A DNA stretch of 64,000 bases from an uncultured Gammaproteobacteria bacterium (GTDB lineage: Bacteria > Pseudomonadota > Gammaproteobacteria > UBA9214), in contig CAVVHS010000008.1 of NCBI GenBank assembly GCA_963748215.1, positions 64,001 through 128,000 on the forward strand. Reading direction: 5' to 3'. Position 1 is the first letter of the stretch. The number at the start of each line of letters is the position of its first letter. Below are positions 19,017-30,626 of the stretch, in pieces. The notes beneath the pieces were generated by a model. It did not search any database. It was given only the letters and a program-made list of their open reading frames with translations, and was not told where the DNA came from. The position numbers and the translations under genes are program-made.

Positions 19017-19065
19017 GGGTCGACTCCTGCCGGTAAGCGAAGTCTTATATAAGGGTTTTATGCAG
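19017..19065 (+). repeat. 49-bp dispersed site, copy 3
   Basis: GGGTCGACTCCTGCCGGTAAGCGAAGTCTTATATAAGGGTTTTATGCAG. Confidence 0.85.
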
Positions 19066-19142
19066 TACCGTGATTGGTGCAAAAACGGGCCGGATATATT
19101 TTGCATACGGGCATCCTGCAGCATGGCGCCGCACCCCTCCGC

Positions 19143-20147
19143 CTACGAACACGACAACATCCGGTGCAGTACGGCCATTTGCACCAGCATCCGGTTACGA
19201 GCCTCTGCGATAACCACACTGCGCTGCCCGTCGATCACGTCATCCGTAACGGTGACGCCGCGGCGCGCCGGCAGGCAGTGCATAAAACGGCAGTCGCCGG
19301 CGGCATTCCCGAACCAGGTTTCGTCCACACACCATTTACGCAGATCGAGCTTGAACTCTTCTTCTGTGCGTTTGTTACCGTAGTGGCGCGCGGATGCCCA
19401 GGAACTTGCATAGATAATCCGGCTGCCCTGCATCGCATGGGATCGATCATCTGTCTCCGTCACCGATCCACCACCGATTGCAGCCGCACTGCGTGCCTTG
19501 TCCATGATGGCGTCCGGCAACCCGAATCCCTCCGGTCTCAATACCGTGACATCCATTCCTCGCAAGGCAGCCATATGCAGCGTTGCCGCGGGTACCGACA
19601 ATGGCAATGCTTGCGGGTGCCAGGTCCAGGCCAGCACGAACTTGCCGTTATTGGCAGGCACGCCCAGATCGTCCATGGTTTTCCAGTCGGCAAGACTCTG
19701 GCACGGGTGATTGATTGCCGACTCCATGTTGATGTACGGCACTTCGACCAGAGAGGTCAATTCACGGAATTCGCGATCAGCAAGGTCATCATCGAGATTT
19801 TCTCTTCGCGCAAACGCGCGAATGCCTATGGCATCACTGTAAGATGCAATCACAGGAACCGCCTCCCGGATATGCTCGGCCGCAGCGCCGTCCATAACGA
19901 TACCCGACCGCGATTCTATGCCATGAATCGACATGTTCGGTGAAACGACAAAGGTGCCACCCCCCATTCGGGCCATCGCCGCCTGAAACGAAATCAGCGT
20001 CCGCAACGAGGGGCTCAGGAAAAGCAGCGACAGCACCTTGCCCTCCAGCGACCGCGGTTCCGGATTTTCATGAAGCCTGCCAGCCAGCGTCAGCAGTTCG
20101 TTTATTTCAGCAACACTGAAATCCGCCAGGTCATTAAAGCATTCCAT
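19143..20147 (-). CDS. argF: N-acetyl/N-succinyl-ornithine carbamoyltransferase (ArgF' type)
   Basis: SLRT, extended MDG..EH loop, HPCQ, WHPQALP, HCLP. Confidence 0.88.
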   Translation of the reverse strand: MECFNDLADFSVAEINELLTLAGRLHENPEPRSLEGKVLSLLFLSPSLRTLISFQAAMARMGGGTFVVSPNMSIHGIESRSGIVMDGAAAEHIREAVPVIASYSDAIGIRAFARRENLDDDLADREFRELTSLVEVPYINMESAINHPCQSLADWKTMDDLGVPANNGKFVLAWTWHPQALPLSVPAATLHMAALRGMDVTVLRPEGFGLPDAIMDKARSAAAIGGGSVTETDDRSHAMQGSRIIYASSWASARHYGNKRTEEEFKLDLRKWCVDETWFGNAAGDCRFMHCLPARRGVTVTDDVIDGQRSVVIAEARNRMLVQMAVLHRMLSCS

Positions 20148-20304
20148 GTTGAATTGATTTCCTCTTCAGCCTGTTGGCAGGCTGCTGTCTACAGGAGAGT
20201 CCGGGCACATTCTGGTATCGAGGTAATCCGGCCCGGAATGGTAAAAATGTATCAGCCTCTTTTTCCGACTGGTCGCAGTTTTTTTGCGGCCTGGCGCGAG
20301 ATAG

Positions 20305-20760
20305 TTATTCCGCTTCCCCGCCCTCCGCAGGAACCACATCGATGATCTCCACGTCGAAAGTGATCACGTGCCCCGCCAGCGGGTGATTGAAATCCACTTC
20401 GACGGAATCCGCATCCAGGGACAGCACCGCGCCGCCGACCTCGTCGCCTTCCGGGGTTTCGAAGCCGACGATCACGCCCGGCTCGATGTGCATGTCCGCG
20501 GGGAACACCGAACGCGGCAGGCGGTGGATGTGGGCCGGGTCGCGCCGGCCGAAGGTCTGCTCCGGTGTCAGCTCGATGCGCTGCGTGTCGCCCGGATACA
20601 GGCCGTACAGGGCCAGCTCCAGGCCGTGCGCCAGCACGCCCTCGCCCATGGTGAAAGTGAACGGCTCGCCGTCGCCGGTGGACTCCGCAACCGTGCCGTC
20701 TTCCAGCGTCAGTGACAGGTGCAGGGTGACCGTGCTGCCCGGACTGACGTTATATCTCAT
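20305..20760 (-). CDS. fkpB: FKBP-type peptidyl-prolyl isomerase
   Basis: VDFNHPLAGH motif; directly downstream of lspA. Confidence 0.9.
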   Translation of the reverse strand: MRYNVSPGSTVTLHLSLTLEDGTVAESTGDGEPFTFTMGEGVLAHGLELALYGLYPGDTQRIELTPEQTFGRRDPAHIHRLPRSVFPADMHIEPGVIVGFETPEGDEVGGAVLSLDADSVEVDFNHPLAGHVITFDVEIIDVVPAEGGEAE

Positions 20761-21230
20761 GCCCCGGTAGACGCGTGGCGGTGACTGAACAGCGCATCCA
20801 GCACCAGCAGCGCGGCGCCGATGCTGATGGCCGAATCGGCGATGTTGAACGTCGGCCAGTGCCAGGTCTTGTAATAGACGTCGATGAAGTCGATGACATG
20901 GCCATACAGGAGACGATCGATCAGGTTGCCGATGGCGCCACCCAGGATCAGTGTCAGCGCCAGCGCCGTGCGCCACTCGCGTGCATGCAGACGCCGCAGC
21001 CAGACCAGCAACACGCCGCACACCACTACCGCCAGACCGCTGAAGAACCAGCGTTGCCAGCCCGATGCGTCGCCGAGAAAGCTGAATGCCGCGCCCGTGT
21101 TGTAGGCCTTGGTCAGGGCCAGCGACGGCAGCAGCTCGATGGGGTCATACAATGCCATGCTGCTGTCGGCCAGCAGCTTGGTGCCCTGGTCCAGCAGCAA
21201 TACCACGACGGTAATCCATAACCATTTCAC
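20757..21230 (-). CDS. lspA: Lipoprotein signal peptidase II
   Basis: DQGTK, NTGAAFS, GNLIDR, VIDFI, FNIAD; GTG start. Confidence 0.95.
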   Translation of the reverse strand: MKWLWITVVVLLLDQGTKLLADSSMALYDPIELLPSLALTKAYNTGAAFSFLGDASGWQRWFFSGLAVVVCGVLLVWLRRLHAREWRTALALTLILGGAIGNLIDRLLYGHVIDFIDVYYKTWHWPTFNIADSAISIGAALLVLDALFSHRHASTGA

Positions 21231-21249
21231 TGTCGTATGCTCCCGCCGC

Positions 21250-24098
21250 TCAGGCAAAACGGCGCTGTTCGCCGTCGCCGTCGATGTTCTCGACACAGCG
21301 CCCGCACAGCTCCGGGTGTTTTGCGTGCGTGCCGACGTCCTCGCGATGGTGCCAGCAACGTACGCACTTGGCGTGTTGCGACGGCGTGACGCGGATGCGG
21401 AAGTTCAGCCCGGCTACCTGCGCCGTGACGGCGGACTCCGGCGCCTCCTCCAGTGCGTGCACGCGTGCATAGGAGGTGATCAGCACGAAACGCAGTTCGT
21501 CGCCGATCGCGCCCAGCAGTGCGCGCGTCGGCTCGTTGGCATACAGGTCAACCTCGGCATCCAGCGACGAACCGATGTCGCCCGCCACGCGCAGTTTTTC
21601 CTGTTCCTTGCTGATGGTGTCGCGCGCGGCGATGATGCGTTCCCAGAAATCCATGCCCATGCGCCGCAGGATCTCGCCCTCGGGATAGAACGCCGGCGGC
21701 AATTCGTACCAGGTGGACAGGAACACGGACTCCGCACGCTTGCCCGGCAGGTGCTGCCAGATTTCCTCGGCGGTGAAACTCAGGATCGGCGCCAGCCAGC
21801 GCACCAGCGCCTCGGCCACGTGATACAGGGCGGTCTGCGCCGAGCGGCGCGGTATGCTGTCGCCCGGCGTGGTGTACTGGCGGTCCTTGATGATATCGAG
21901 ATAGAAGCTGCCCATGTCGATCGCACAGAAGTTGTGCACCAGCTGGTAGATGCGGTGGAACTCGTAGTTCTCGTAGGCCTGCCGCACCTGCTCCTGCAGC
22001 TTGCGCGTGCGCTCGATGGCCCAGCGGTCGAGGCACAGCATCTGCTCGGGATCGAGCAGGTGCTGCTGCCGGGTCGAAGCCGTTCAGGTTGGCCAGCAGG
22101 AAGCGCGAGGTGTTGCGCAGGCGCCGGTAGGCATCGGCGGTGCGCTTGAGTATCTCGTCCGAGACTGTCATCTCGCCGCGATAGTCGGTGGCCGCGACCC
22201 ACAGGCGCAGGATATCGGCACCGAGCGAGTTCATGACCTTCTGCGGCGCCACCACGTTGCCGCGTGACTTGGACATTTTCTGGCCCTTCGCATCCACGGT
22301 GAAGCCGTGCGTCAGCACGGTGCGATAGGGGGCGCTGCCGCGCATGGCGATCGAGGTCAGCAGGGAGGACTGGAACCAGCCGCGGTGCTGGTCGGAACCT
22401 TCCAGGTAGAGATCGGCCGGCACCGCCAGCTCCGCGCGCCGTTCCAGCACGGCGAAATGGGTGACGCCGGAATCGAACCAGACGTCCAGCGTATCGCTGA
22501 CCTTGTCGTAGTCTGCGGCGTCATCCCCGAGCAGGTCGGCCGGCTCCAGTTCGAACCAGGCATCGATGCCGGCCTGCTCGACGCGCTGCGCCACCCGCTC
22601 GATGAGACGCGCCGTATCCGGGTGCAGTTCACCGCTCTGCTTGTGCACGAACAGGGTGATCGGCACGCCCCAGGTGCGTTGCCGCGAGATGCACCAGTCC
22701 GGCCGGCCCGCGACCATGCCCTCGATGCGCGCCTTGCCCCAGTCCGGCAACCAGCGCACCTGGTCGATGGCCGCAAGCGCCGTCTCGCGCAGGCCGCCCT
22801 GCTCCATGCTGATGAACCACTGCGGGGTGGCACGGAAGATGATCGGCGTCTTGTGACGCCAGCAATGCGGGTAGCTGTGGCGCAGTATTTCCTCGTGCAG
22901 CAGCGCGCCCTTGCTCTTCAGCACCTCGATGACATGCGCATTGGCGGCGAACACGTGCTCGCCGGCGAACAGCTCGGTATCCGGCAGGAAACAGCCGTTG
23001 CCGCCGACCGGGTTGTCCACCTCGAGCCGGTAGCGGCTGCCGACCACGTAGTCGTCCTGGCCGTGTCCGGGCGCCGTGTGCACCGCGCCGGTACCGGCCT
23101 CGGTGGTCACATGATCGCCGAGGATGACCGGCACCTCGCGTGCGTAGAACGGATGCGCCAGGCTCAGGCCTTCCAGGTCGCTGCCCTTGCCGTACGCCAC
23201 CACCTGGTAGTGCTCGGCGCCGTAACGCAGCATGGCATCCTTGAGCAGGGCCTCGGCGATGACCAGTCGTTCCTTGCCCTTGCCGGTGTCGCACTGCACC
23301 ACGGCATAGTCGAGCTCCGGGTTCAGCGCCACGGCCAGGTTGGCCGGCAGCGTCCAGGGCGTGGTGGTCCAGATCACGACCGAGACCGGTCCTTCACCGG
23401 CGTGACCGTCGACATGATGACAGGCGGCCATCAGCCCGGCCTCGTTCAGCACGCGGAAGCGCACGTCGATGGCGGGTGAATCCTTGTCCTCGTATTCCAC
23501 CTCGGCCTCGGCCAGCGCCGACTGGCAGTCGGTGCACCAGTGCACCGGCTTGAAACCCTTGTGCAGGTGGCCGTTGTCGATGATCCGGCCCAGCGCGCGA
23601 ATGATGTCCGCCTCGAACCGGTAGTCCATGGTGAGGTAGGGATTGTTCCAGTCACCGAACACGCCGAGACGGATGAAATCCTTGCGCTGTCCGTCCACCT
23701 GCTTGCCGGCGTAGTCGCGGCAGGCCTTGCGGAAGGTGGACGCATCGACCTTCGCGCCGGCCTTGCCGACCTTCTTCTCGACGTTCAGTTCGATCGGCAG
23801 ACCGTGACAGTCCCAGCCCGGCACGTAGGGGGCATCGAAGCCGCTCCAGCGTCCGGCTCTTGACGATGATGTCCTTGAGCACCTTGTTGACCGCATGACC
23901 GATATGAATCTCGCCGTTGGCATAGGGCGGCCCGTCGTGCAGGATGAATTTCGGCCGGCCGTTTGCCGCGGCGCGCAGCTTGCCGTAGAGATCCATGGCT
24001 TCCCAGCGTTTGAGAAGCTCCGGCTCGCGGCTCGGCAGGTTGCCCTTCATGGGAAAGGCCGTGCTGGGAAGGTTGAGCGTATTCTTGTAATCAGGCAT
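21250..24098 (-). CDS. ileS: Isoleucine-tRNA ligase (two apparent single-base frameshifts, ~23846 and ~22067)
   Basis: [33 protein letters not shown] and the C-terminal zinc finger are spread over three consecutive ORFs. Confidence 0.95.
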
Positions 24099-24243
24099 CA
24101 CACACACCGCAGGGACGCACCAGGCGCCGAGTTATAAACCATTAATAATCCGTTGCATACCGTTTTCCGGCCAGTCGGCCGTGATTCTACCAAAACTCCC
24201 CGCCGCGGGGCCGCGCACGCATGGCATGCCCCGAAAGCCGTGC

Positions 24244-25176
24244 TCAGTCGCGGAAAAACGCCCGCGCCTGGCCGGCATCGACGAGGATCTGCTCGCGCAG
24301 GGCATCGAAGGAGTCGAAGCGCCGCTCCTCGCGCAGTTTTTTCAGGAAACTGACCTCCACGTATTTGCCGTAAATGTCTGCCTCGAAGTCGAACAGGTGC
24401 ACCTCCAGCAGCGAACGGGTGCCGTCGACCGTGGGCCGGCTGCCGACATTGGCCACCCCCTGCACCGGCGTGTCCGCTAGACCCTCGACCTCCACGGCAA
24501 ACACGCCGGCCACCGGCGAACTGGCGCGGTGCAGGAAGATATTGGCCGTCGGAAAGCCGATGGTGCGGCCGCGCTTGTCGCCGTGCGCGACGCGCCCGCT
24601 CATGGCATAGGGCCGCCCGAGCAGCAGCGATGCCGTCAACAGGTCACCGTGCGCCAGCGCCTCGCGCACGCGCGTGCTGCTGACCCGGTCATCGCCAACC
24701 CGAAAGGTACGCATGCTGGCCACTTCGAAGCCGTACTGCGCGCCGGCGTCGCGCAGGGTGGCGAAGGTTCCGGCGCGGTGTTTACCGAAACGGAAGTCAT
24801 CACCGACCACCAGGTAGCGCACACCCATGCCGTCGACCAGGATTTCGCGGATGAACACCTCGGGTGCGAGCCCCGCCAGCCGGCGGTCGAAACGCAGGCA
24901 CACCACGCGCTCGATACCGTAGCGCTGCAGCGCCTGCACTTTTTCCCGCAGCCGGGTCAGGCGCGGCGGTGCCTCCTGCGGCGTGAAGAATTCACGCGGC
25001 AGCGGCTCGAAGGTGATCAGTGCGGCCGGCAGCTGCAGGCGCCCGGCCTGCTCCCGCAACTGCCCGAGCACCGCCTGGTGACCGCGGTGCATGCCATCGA
25101 AGTTGCCGATGGTGGCGACACAGCCGCGATGTGCGGGTCGCAGGTTGTACAGGCCGCGGATGAATTCCAGAGCCAT
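24244..25176 (-). CDS. ribF: Bifunctional riboflavin kinase/FAD synthetase
   Basis: GNFDGMHRGH, VSSTRVR, GFPTAN, GSRPT, LEVHL. Confidence 0.96.
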   Translation of the reverse strand: MALEFIRGLYNLRPAHRGCVATIGNFDGMHRGHQAVLGQLREQAGRLQLPAALITFEPLPREFFTPQEAPPRLTRLREKVQALQRYGIERVVCLRFDRRLAGLAPEVFIREILVDGMGVRYLVVGDDFRFGKHRAGTFATLRDAGAQYGFEVASMRTFRVGDDRVSSTRVREALAHGDLLTASLLLGRPYAMSGRVAHGDKRGRTIGFPTANIFLHRASSPVAGVFAVEVEGLADTPVQGVANVGSRPTVDGTRSLLEVHLFDFEADIYGKYVEVSFLKKLREERRFDSFDALREQILVDAGQARAFFRD

Positions 25177-25181
25177 CGCCG

Positions 25182-26756
25182 CTAGCCGCCATGCTGCCCG
25201 TAGTGCCAGAGGCCCGCCAGCCGCACACCGGCAACACGCAGCGCCAGCAGGTAAGCTGCCGCGCCGGCCAGCACCCAGAACAACAGGCGCCAGACGCGCT
25301 CACCGGCATGCCACTGCAACCAGGCATCGATCGACGGCACGCCCCACAGCAGCAGCGCGGTCAACGCACTGCCGGCCAGCGCCAGTTGCAGCAGCAGGCG
25401 CGGCCAGCCGGCCTGCGGCGTGAATACCTGCTGCTTGCCGAGTGTCCGGTACAGCAGGCCGGCGTTGAGCCAGGCCGCCAGTGAAGTTGCCAGCGCCAGT
25501 CCGGCATGGGGGCCGGGGATACCCAGCATGACCATGGGCACGACCAGCGTGATGTTGAGCAGCATGTTGGTAAACATCGCGATTACGGCGATCCGCACCG
25601 GCGTGCGTACGTCCTTGCGTGAATAATAGGCCGGTGCGAGCACCTTGATCAGCATGAACCCCGGCAGGCCGAAGGCGAAGGCCATGAGGCTAAGGCCGGA
25701 CATGGCGACATCCGTGGCGCCGAAATCCCCGTAGTAGAACAGGGTCGCGAGCATCGGCCGCGCCAGCAGCATCAGGCCGATGGTGGCAGGCACACCGATC
25801 AGCAGCACCACGCGCAGGGCCCAGTCCAGTGTGCGCGAGAACTCCTTGCTCGAACCGTTGGCGTGGCTGCGCGACAGACTGGGCAGGATCACGGTCGAGA
25901 GCGCGATGGCGAACACGCCGAGCGGGAATTCGACCAGCCGGTCGGAGTAGTACAGCCAGCTGACGCTGCCGGCCACGAGGAACGAGGCAATCAGGGTGTC
26001 CAGCAACAGGTTGATCTGCGCCACCGAGGAACCGAAGATGCCTGGCAGCATCAGTTTCATGATGCGACGCACCCCCTCGTCACGCATGCCCCAGCGCGGC
26101 CGGGGCAGGATGCCGATGCGCTTGAGCGAGGGCAGCAGAAACAGGACCTGCAGTACGCCGGCGACGAACACGCCGACGGCCAGCGCGAACACGGGCTGCT
26201 CGAGGCGCGGTGAAACCAGCAACGCCGCCACGATGAGCACCACGTTCAGCCAGACCGGCACGAACGATGCCGCCGCGAATTTGCCGTAGGTATTCAGGAT
26301 GCCCGCGATGAAGGCCACCAGCGAGACAAACAGCAGGTAGGGAAAGGTGATACTCAGCAGTTGCGCAGCAAGCTCGAACTGCGCGGGATCGCGGTGCAGA
26401 AAGCCGGGCGCGAATATCATCACCAGCACCGGGCTGCCGAGCACGCCCAGCACGGTCAGCACTGACAGGATGCCCAGCAGGGTACCGGCCACGCGGTTGA
26501 CCAGAGCCTGCACCGTCGCCGCCGGCTGCTGCTCGCGGTATTCGGAAATGATCGGCACGAAGGCCTGCGAAAAGGCACCCTCCGCGAACAGCCGGCGCAG
26601 GAAGTTGGGGATCTTGAAGGCGACGAAGAACGCGTCCATGGCCGCGTCGGCGCCGAACAGGCGCGCGAGTACCATATCGCGCACCAGCCCGAGCACCCGC
26701 GAGACCAGCGTCATCGCGCCAACAATTGCAGTGCTTTTCAGTAACTTGCTGCTCAT
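25182..26756 (-). CDS. murJ: Lipid II flippase MurJ (MviN)
   Basis: [31 protein letters not shown]. Confidence 0.96.
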   Translation of the reverse strand: MSSKLLKSTAIVGAMTLVSRVLGLVRDMVLARLFGADAAMDAFFVAFKIPNFLRRLFAEGAFSQAFVPIISEYREQQPAATVQALVNRVAGTLLGILSVLTVLGVLGSPVLVMIFAPGFLHRDPAQFELAAQLLSITFPYLLFVSLVAFIAGILNTYGKFAAASFVPVWLNVVLIVAALLVSPRLEQPVFALAVGVFVAGVLQVLFLLPSLKRIGILPRPRWGMRDEGVRRIMKLMLPGIFGSSVAQINLLLDTLIASFLVAGSVSWLYYSDRLVEFPLGVFAIALSTVILPSLSRSHANGSSKEFSRTLDWALRVVLLIGVPATIGLMLLARPMLATLFYYGDFGATDVAMSGLSLMAFAFGLPGFMLIKVLAPAYYSRKDVRTPVRIAVIAMFTNMLLNITLVVPMVMLGIPGPHAGLALATSLAAWLNAGLLYRTLGKQQVFTPQAGWPRLLLQLALAGSALTALLLWGVPSIDAWLQWHAGERVWRLLFWVLAGAAAYLLALRVAGVRLAGLWHYGQHGG

Positions 26757-26994
26757 CTGTCAACCTGGCCAGGCCGGTGCGGAGGCGCCCGCGCAATGCC
26801 GAAACAGCCGTGCAGTATACTTGAAAAACAACGACTTACCACCCCTTGAATCGCCCGCCACGGACACCGCGGGCGCGCCCGGTTGCCGGCCCCACCCGAA
26901 AGACGCCGCTGCAGCAGCTGCCCGAATTGACAAATACGAGCCGAATCCGCATAGTACGCGGCTTTCCAGTGACCCGATTTGCAGGAGCAGTCCC

Positions 26995-27255
26995 TTGGCA
27001 AACTCACCACAAGCCATCAAGCGCGCCCGCCAGACCGAAAAGAACCGCCAGCTCAATGCCAGCCAGCGTTCGCGCATGCGTACCTCGATCAAGAAAGTGC
27101 TCGCCGCTATCAAGGCCGGCGATCGCGATGCCGCCTCGCAGGCCTACACTGCCGCCGTGCCGGTCATCGACACCGCCGCAGGCAAGGGCCTGATCCATAC
27201 CAACAAGGCCGCCCGCCACAAGAGCCGTCTGAACCAGCAGATTCGCGCGCTCTGA
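26995..27255 (+). CDS. rpsT: 30S ribosomal protein S20
   Basis: TTG start after AGGAG; [25 protein letters not shown]. Confidence 0.96.
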   Translation: MANSPQAIKRARQTEKNRQLNASQRSRMRTSIKKVLAAIKAGDRDAASQAYTAAVPVIDTAAGKGLIHTNKAARHKSRLNQQIRAL

Positions 27256-27275
27256 CCACGGCTATCACGCCTCGC

Positions 27276-27305
27276 AAAAAAGCCGGTCAGTGACCGGCTT
27301 TTTTT
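27276..27305. terminator. Bidirectional intrinsic terminator (rpsT/proB)
   Basis: AAAAAAGCCGGTCA-G-TGACCGGCTTTTTTT. Confidence 0.88.
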
Positions 27306-27364
27306 ATGTGCTTGACCCGCCTGTCGCAGCAGTTGGCTGCCAGCTGCATTGATCCGGATACCGG

Positions 27365-28492
27365 TTAACCGGTCAGCACCAGGTTGTCGCGGTGTATCAG
27401 TTCCGGCTCGTCCACGTAGCCCAGCAGTTCCTCGATACGGCTGCTCGGCTTGCCTATGATCCGCCGCGCGTCGACCGCGCTGTAGTTCACCAGGCCGCGC
27501 GCGATTTCCCGTTCATCATCGCCGATGCAGGCTACCAGGTCGCCGCGCTCGAACTCGCCATCAATGCGCACCACACCGACCGGCAACAGGCTGCGGCCTG
27601 CGCCGCACAGCACCTGCGTCGCGCCGGCATCGAGTTGCAGGCGGCCGCGTACCTGCAACTGCCCCGCCAGCCAGCGCTTGCGCGCCGCCAGTGGCGCGCT
27701 GGACGGATACAGGCGGGTACCGAGCGACTCGCCAGCCGCGATGCGTTGCAGGATGTTCGACTCGCGGCCCGGCGCGATCAGGGTCATGGCACCGGATCGT
27801 GCGGCACGGCGCGCGGCCCGGAGCTTGGTCTGCATGCCCCCGCGGCCCAGCGTCCCGCCACTGGCCGATGCCATGGTATCCAGCCCGGCATCCTCCGCAT
27901 CGGCCTCGGCGATCAGCCGTGCGTCCGGGTTCTTGCGCGGGTCTCCATCGTACATGCCGCCCTGGTCGGTCAGCAGGATCAGCAGGTCCGCCTCGATCAG
28001 GTTCGCGACCAGCGCCGCCAGCGTATCGTTGTCACCGAAGCGGATCTCCTCCGTGGTCACCGTGTCGTTTTCGTTGACCACCGGGATGACACCGAGACCC
28101 AGCAGGGTGCGCAGGGTACTGCGCGCGTTCAGGTGCCGCTGCCGGTCCGCGAGATCCTCGTGCGTAAGCAGCACCTGGGCGGTATGCAGGCCGAATTTCT
28201 GGAAGCGCGATTCGTAGGCCTGGACCAGTCCCATCTGGCCGACGGCCGCCGCCGCCTGCAGCTCGTGCAGTGCGTGCGGGCGGCGCTTCCAGCCCAGGCG
28301 CGTCATGCCTTCCGCGACCGCGCCGGAAGACACCAGCAGGACTTCCCGGCCAGCCTGTCGCAGGCCGGCAATCTGCTCGACCCAGCCGCTGATCGCATCG
28401 ACCGCCAGCCCCTGGCCGTCGTTGGTCAGCAGGGAACTGCCGATCTTGACGACCCAGCGCCGGCACGAAGCGGGATTGCGTTTCTCGGACAT
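27365..28492 (-). CDS. proB: Glutamate 5-kinase
   Basis: VVKIGSS, NENDTV, FGDND, GGMQTK, C-terminal PUA domain. Confidence 0.96.
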   Translation of the reverse strand: MSEKRNPASCRRWVVKIGSSLLTNDGQGLAVDAISGWVEQIAGLRQAGREVLLVSSGAVAEGMTRLGWKRRPHALHELQAAAAVGQMGLVQAYESRFQKFGLHTAQVLLTHEDLADRQRHLNARSTLRTLLGLGVIPVVNENDTVTTEEIRFGDNDTLAALVANLIEADLLILLTDQGGMYDGDPRKNPDARLIAEADAEDAGLDTMASASGGTLGRGGMQTKLRAARRAARSGAMTLIAPGRESNILQRIAAGESLGTRLYPSSAPLAARKRWLAGQLQVRGRLQLDAGATQVLCGAGRSLLPVGVVRIDGEFERGDLVACIGDDEREIARGLVNYSAVDARRIIGKPSSRIEELLGYVDEPELIHRDNLVLTG

Positions 28493-28583
28493 AGACTCGC
28501 CGCACCTGTGTACAGTGGATCAAACGCGATAGTGTTATGTTTTCAGCATTCGCACAAGTTCGTGCAGCGACCGGCCAGGCGCA

Positions 28584-29657
<1,074 letters not shown>

Positions 29658-29812
29658 TCACCATGGCTATATGATACTCCGCATCGCCGTGCACGGGAGG
29701 CGGTACCGTGCCGGAGCGGGCGCAGGAAAAGCGGGGCGGCTGAATTCGCCTTCAAGCCAGTCAAACACTGTCCGTTCCCTCCCCCGCACGCCGAACTGCC
29801 TTCATGACAAGC

Positions 29813-29838
29813 AAAAAGCCCCGCACGGGGCGGGGCTT
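29813..29838 (-). terminator. Intrinsic terminator after rpmA
   Basis: AAAAAGCCCCGC...GCGGGGCTT. Confidence 0.75.
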
Positions 29839-29860
29839 GAATGCTGCATGTCAGTACCGC

Positions 29861-30118
29861 TCAACCGGCATCGATCTCGATGAACTTGCGCTTCTTGGCG
29901 CCGCGCTGCACGAACCGTACGGTGCCGTCGCTGGTCGCGAACAGCGTATGGTCACGGCCGATCCCGACATTCTTGCCCGGATGGAAACGTGTACCGCGCT
30001 GTCGCACGAGGATATTGCCTGCCAGAACACTCTGGCCACCGAAGCGCTTGACGCCCAGACGTTTCGATTCCGAATCGCGGCCGTTTCGGGTACTGCCGCC
30101 TGCCTTTTTATGTGCCAT
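29861..30118 (-). CDS. rpmA: 50S ribosomal protein L27
   Basis: [16 protein letters not shown]. Confidence 0.98.
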   Translation of the reverse strand: MAHKKAGGSTRNGRDSESKRLGVKRFGGQSVLAGNILVRQRGTRFHPGKNVGIGRDHTLFATSDGTVRFVQRGAKKRKFIEIDAG

Positions 30119-30140
30119 TGCTAATGCCTCTCGCGGGAAA

Positions 30141-30452
30141 TCAGCCGGAAATACCGGTAATTTCGACCTCAGTGTAGTTCTGACGGTGTCCCATGCGTTT
30201 CATGTGATGCTTGCGGCGACGGAACTTGATGATCTCGACTTTCTTGCCGCGACCCTGCGACTTGATAGTGGCGGTGACCTTGCCGCCTGCGACAAAGGGG
30301 GTGCCGATTTTCACATCCGCGCCCTCGCCTACCATCAGTACCTGGTCGAACTCGATAGCGTCGCCGGCGCTGCCGTCCAGCGTTTCCAGCCGCAGCGTAT
30401 CACCCTGCGCCACCCGATACTGTTTACCGCCCGTCTTGATTACCGCATACAT
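30141..30452 (-). CDS. rplU: 50S ribosomal protein L21
   Basis: [16 protein letters not shown]. Confidence 0.98.
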   Translation of the reverse strand: MYAVIKTGGKQYRVAQGDTLRLETLDGSAGDAIEFDQVLMVGEGADVKIGTPFVAGGKVTATIKSQGRGKKVEIIKFRRRKHHMKRMGHRQNYTEVEITGISG

Positions 30453-30626
30453 TTCAGTAACTCCGGAACAAGAATACTGCATTAAAAAGGCCGCTCATTC
30501 TAATGACTGCGCCCCGGCAGGTCAATCAACTAGCATCTGGAACTGCCCGGCCAACAACGTTAGACTAGCCGTTCGACTTCAGCGCAGGCCGGGCGGGCGG
30601 CATGCCCGCATCAACCCCAGGAACAC

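Noticed and set aside
21250-24098. ileS split into three ORFs (pseudogene or programmed frameshifting)
   Set aside because: Essential gene with all motifs intact. Each break is fixed by removing one base and neither has a slippery site, so sequencing error is most likely. Read mapping would confirm.
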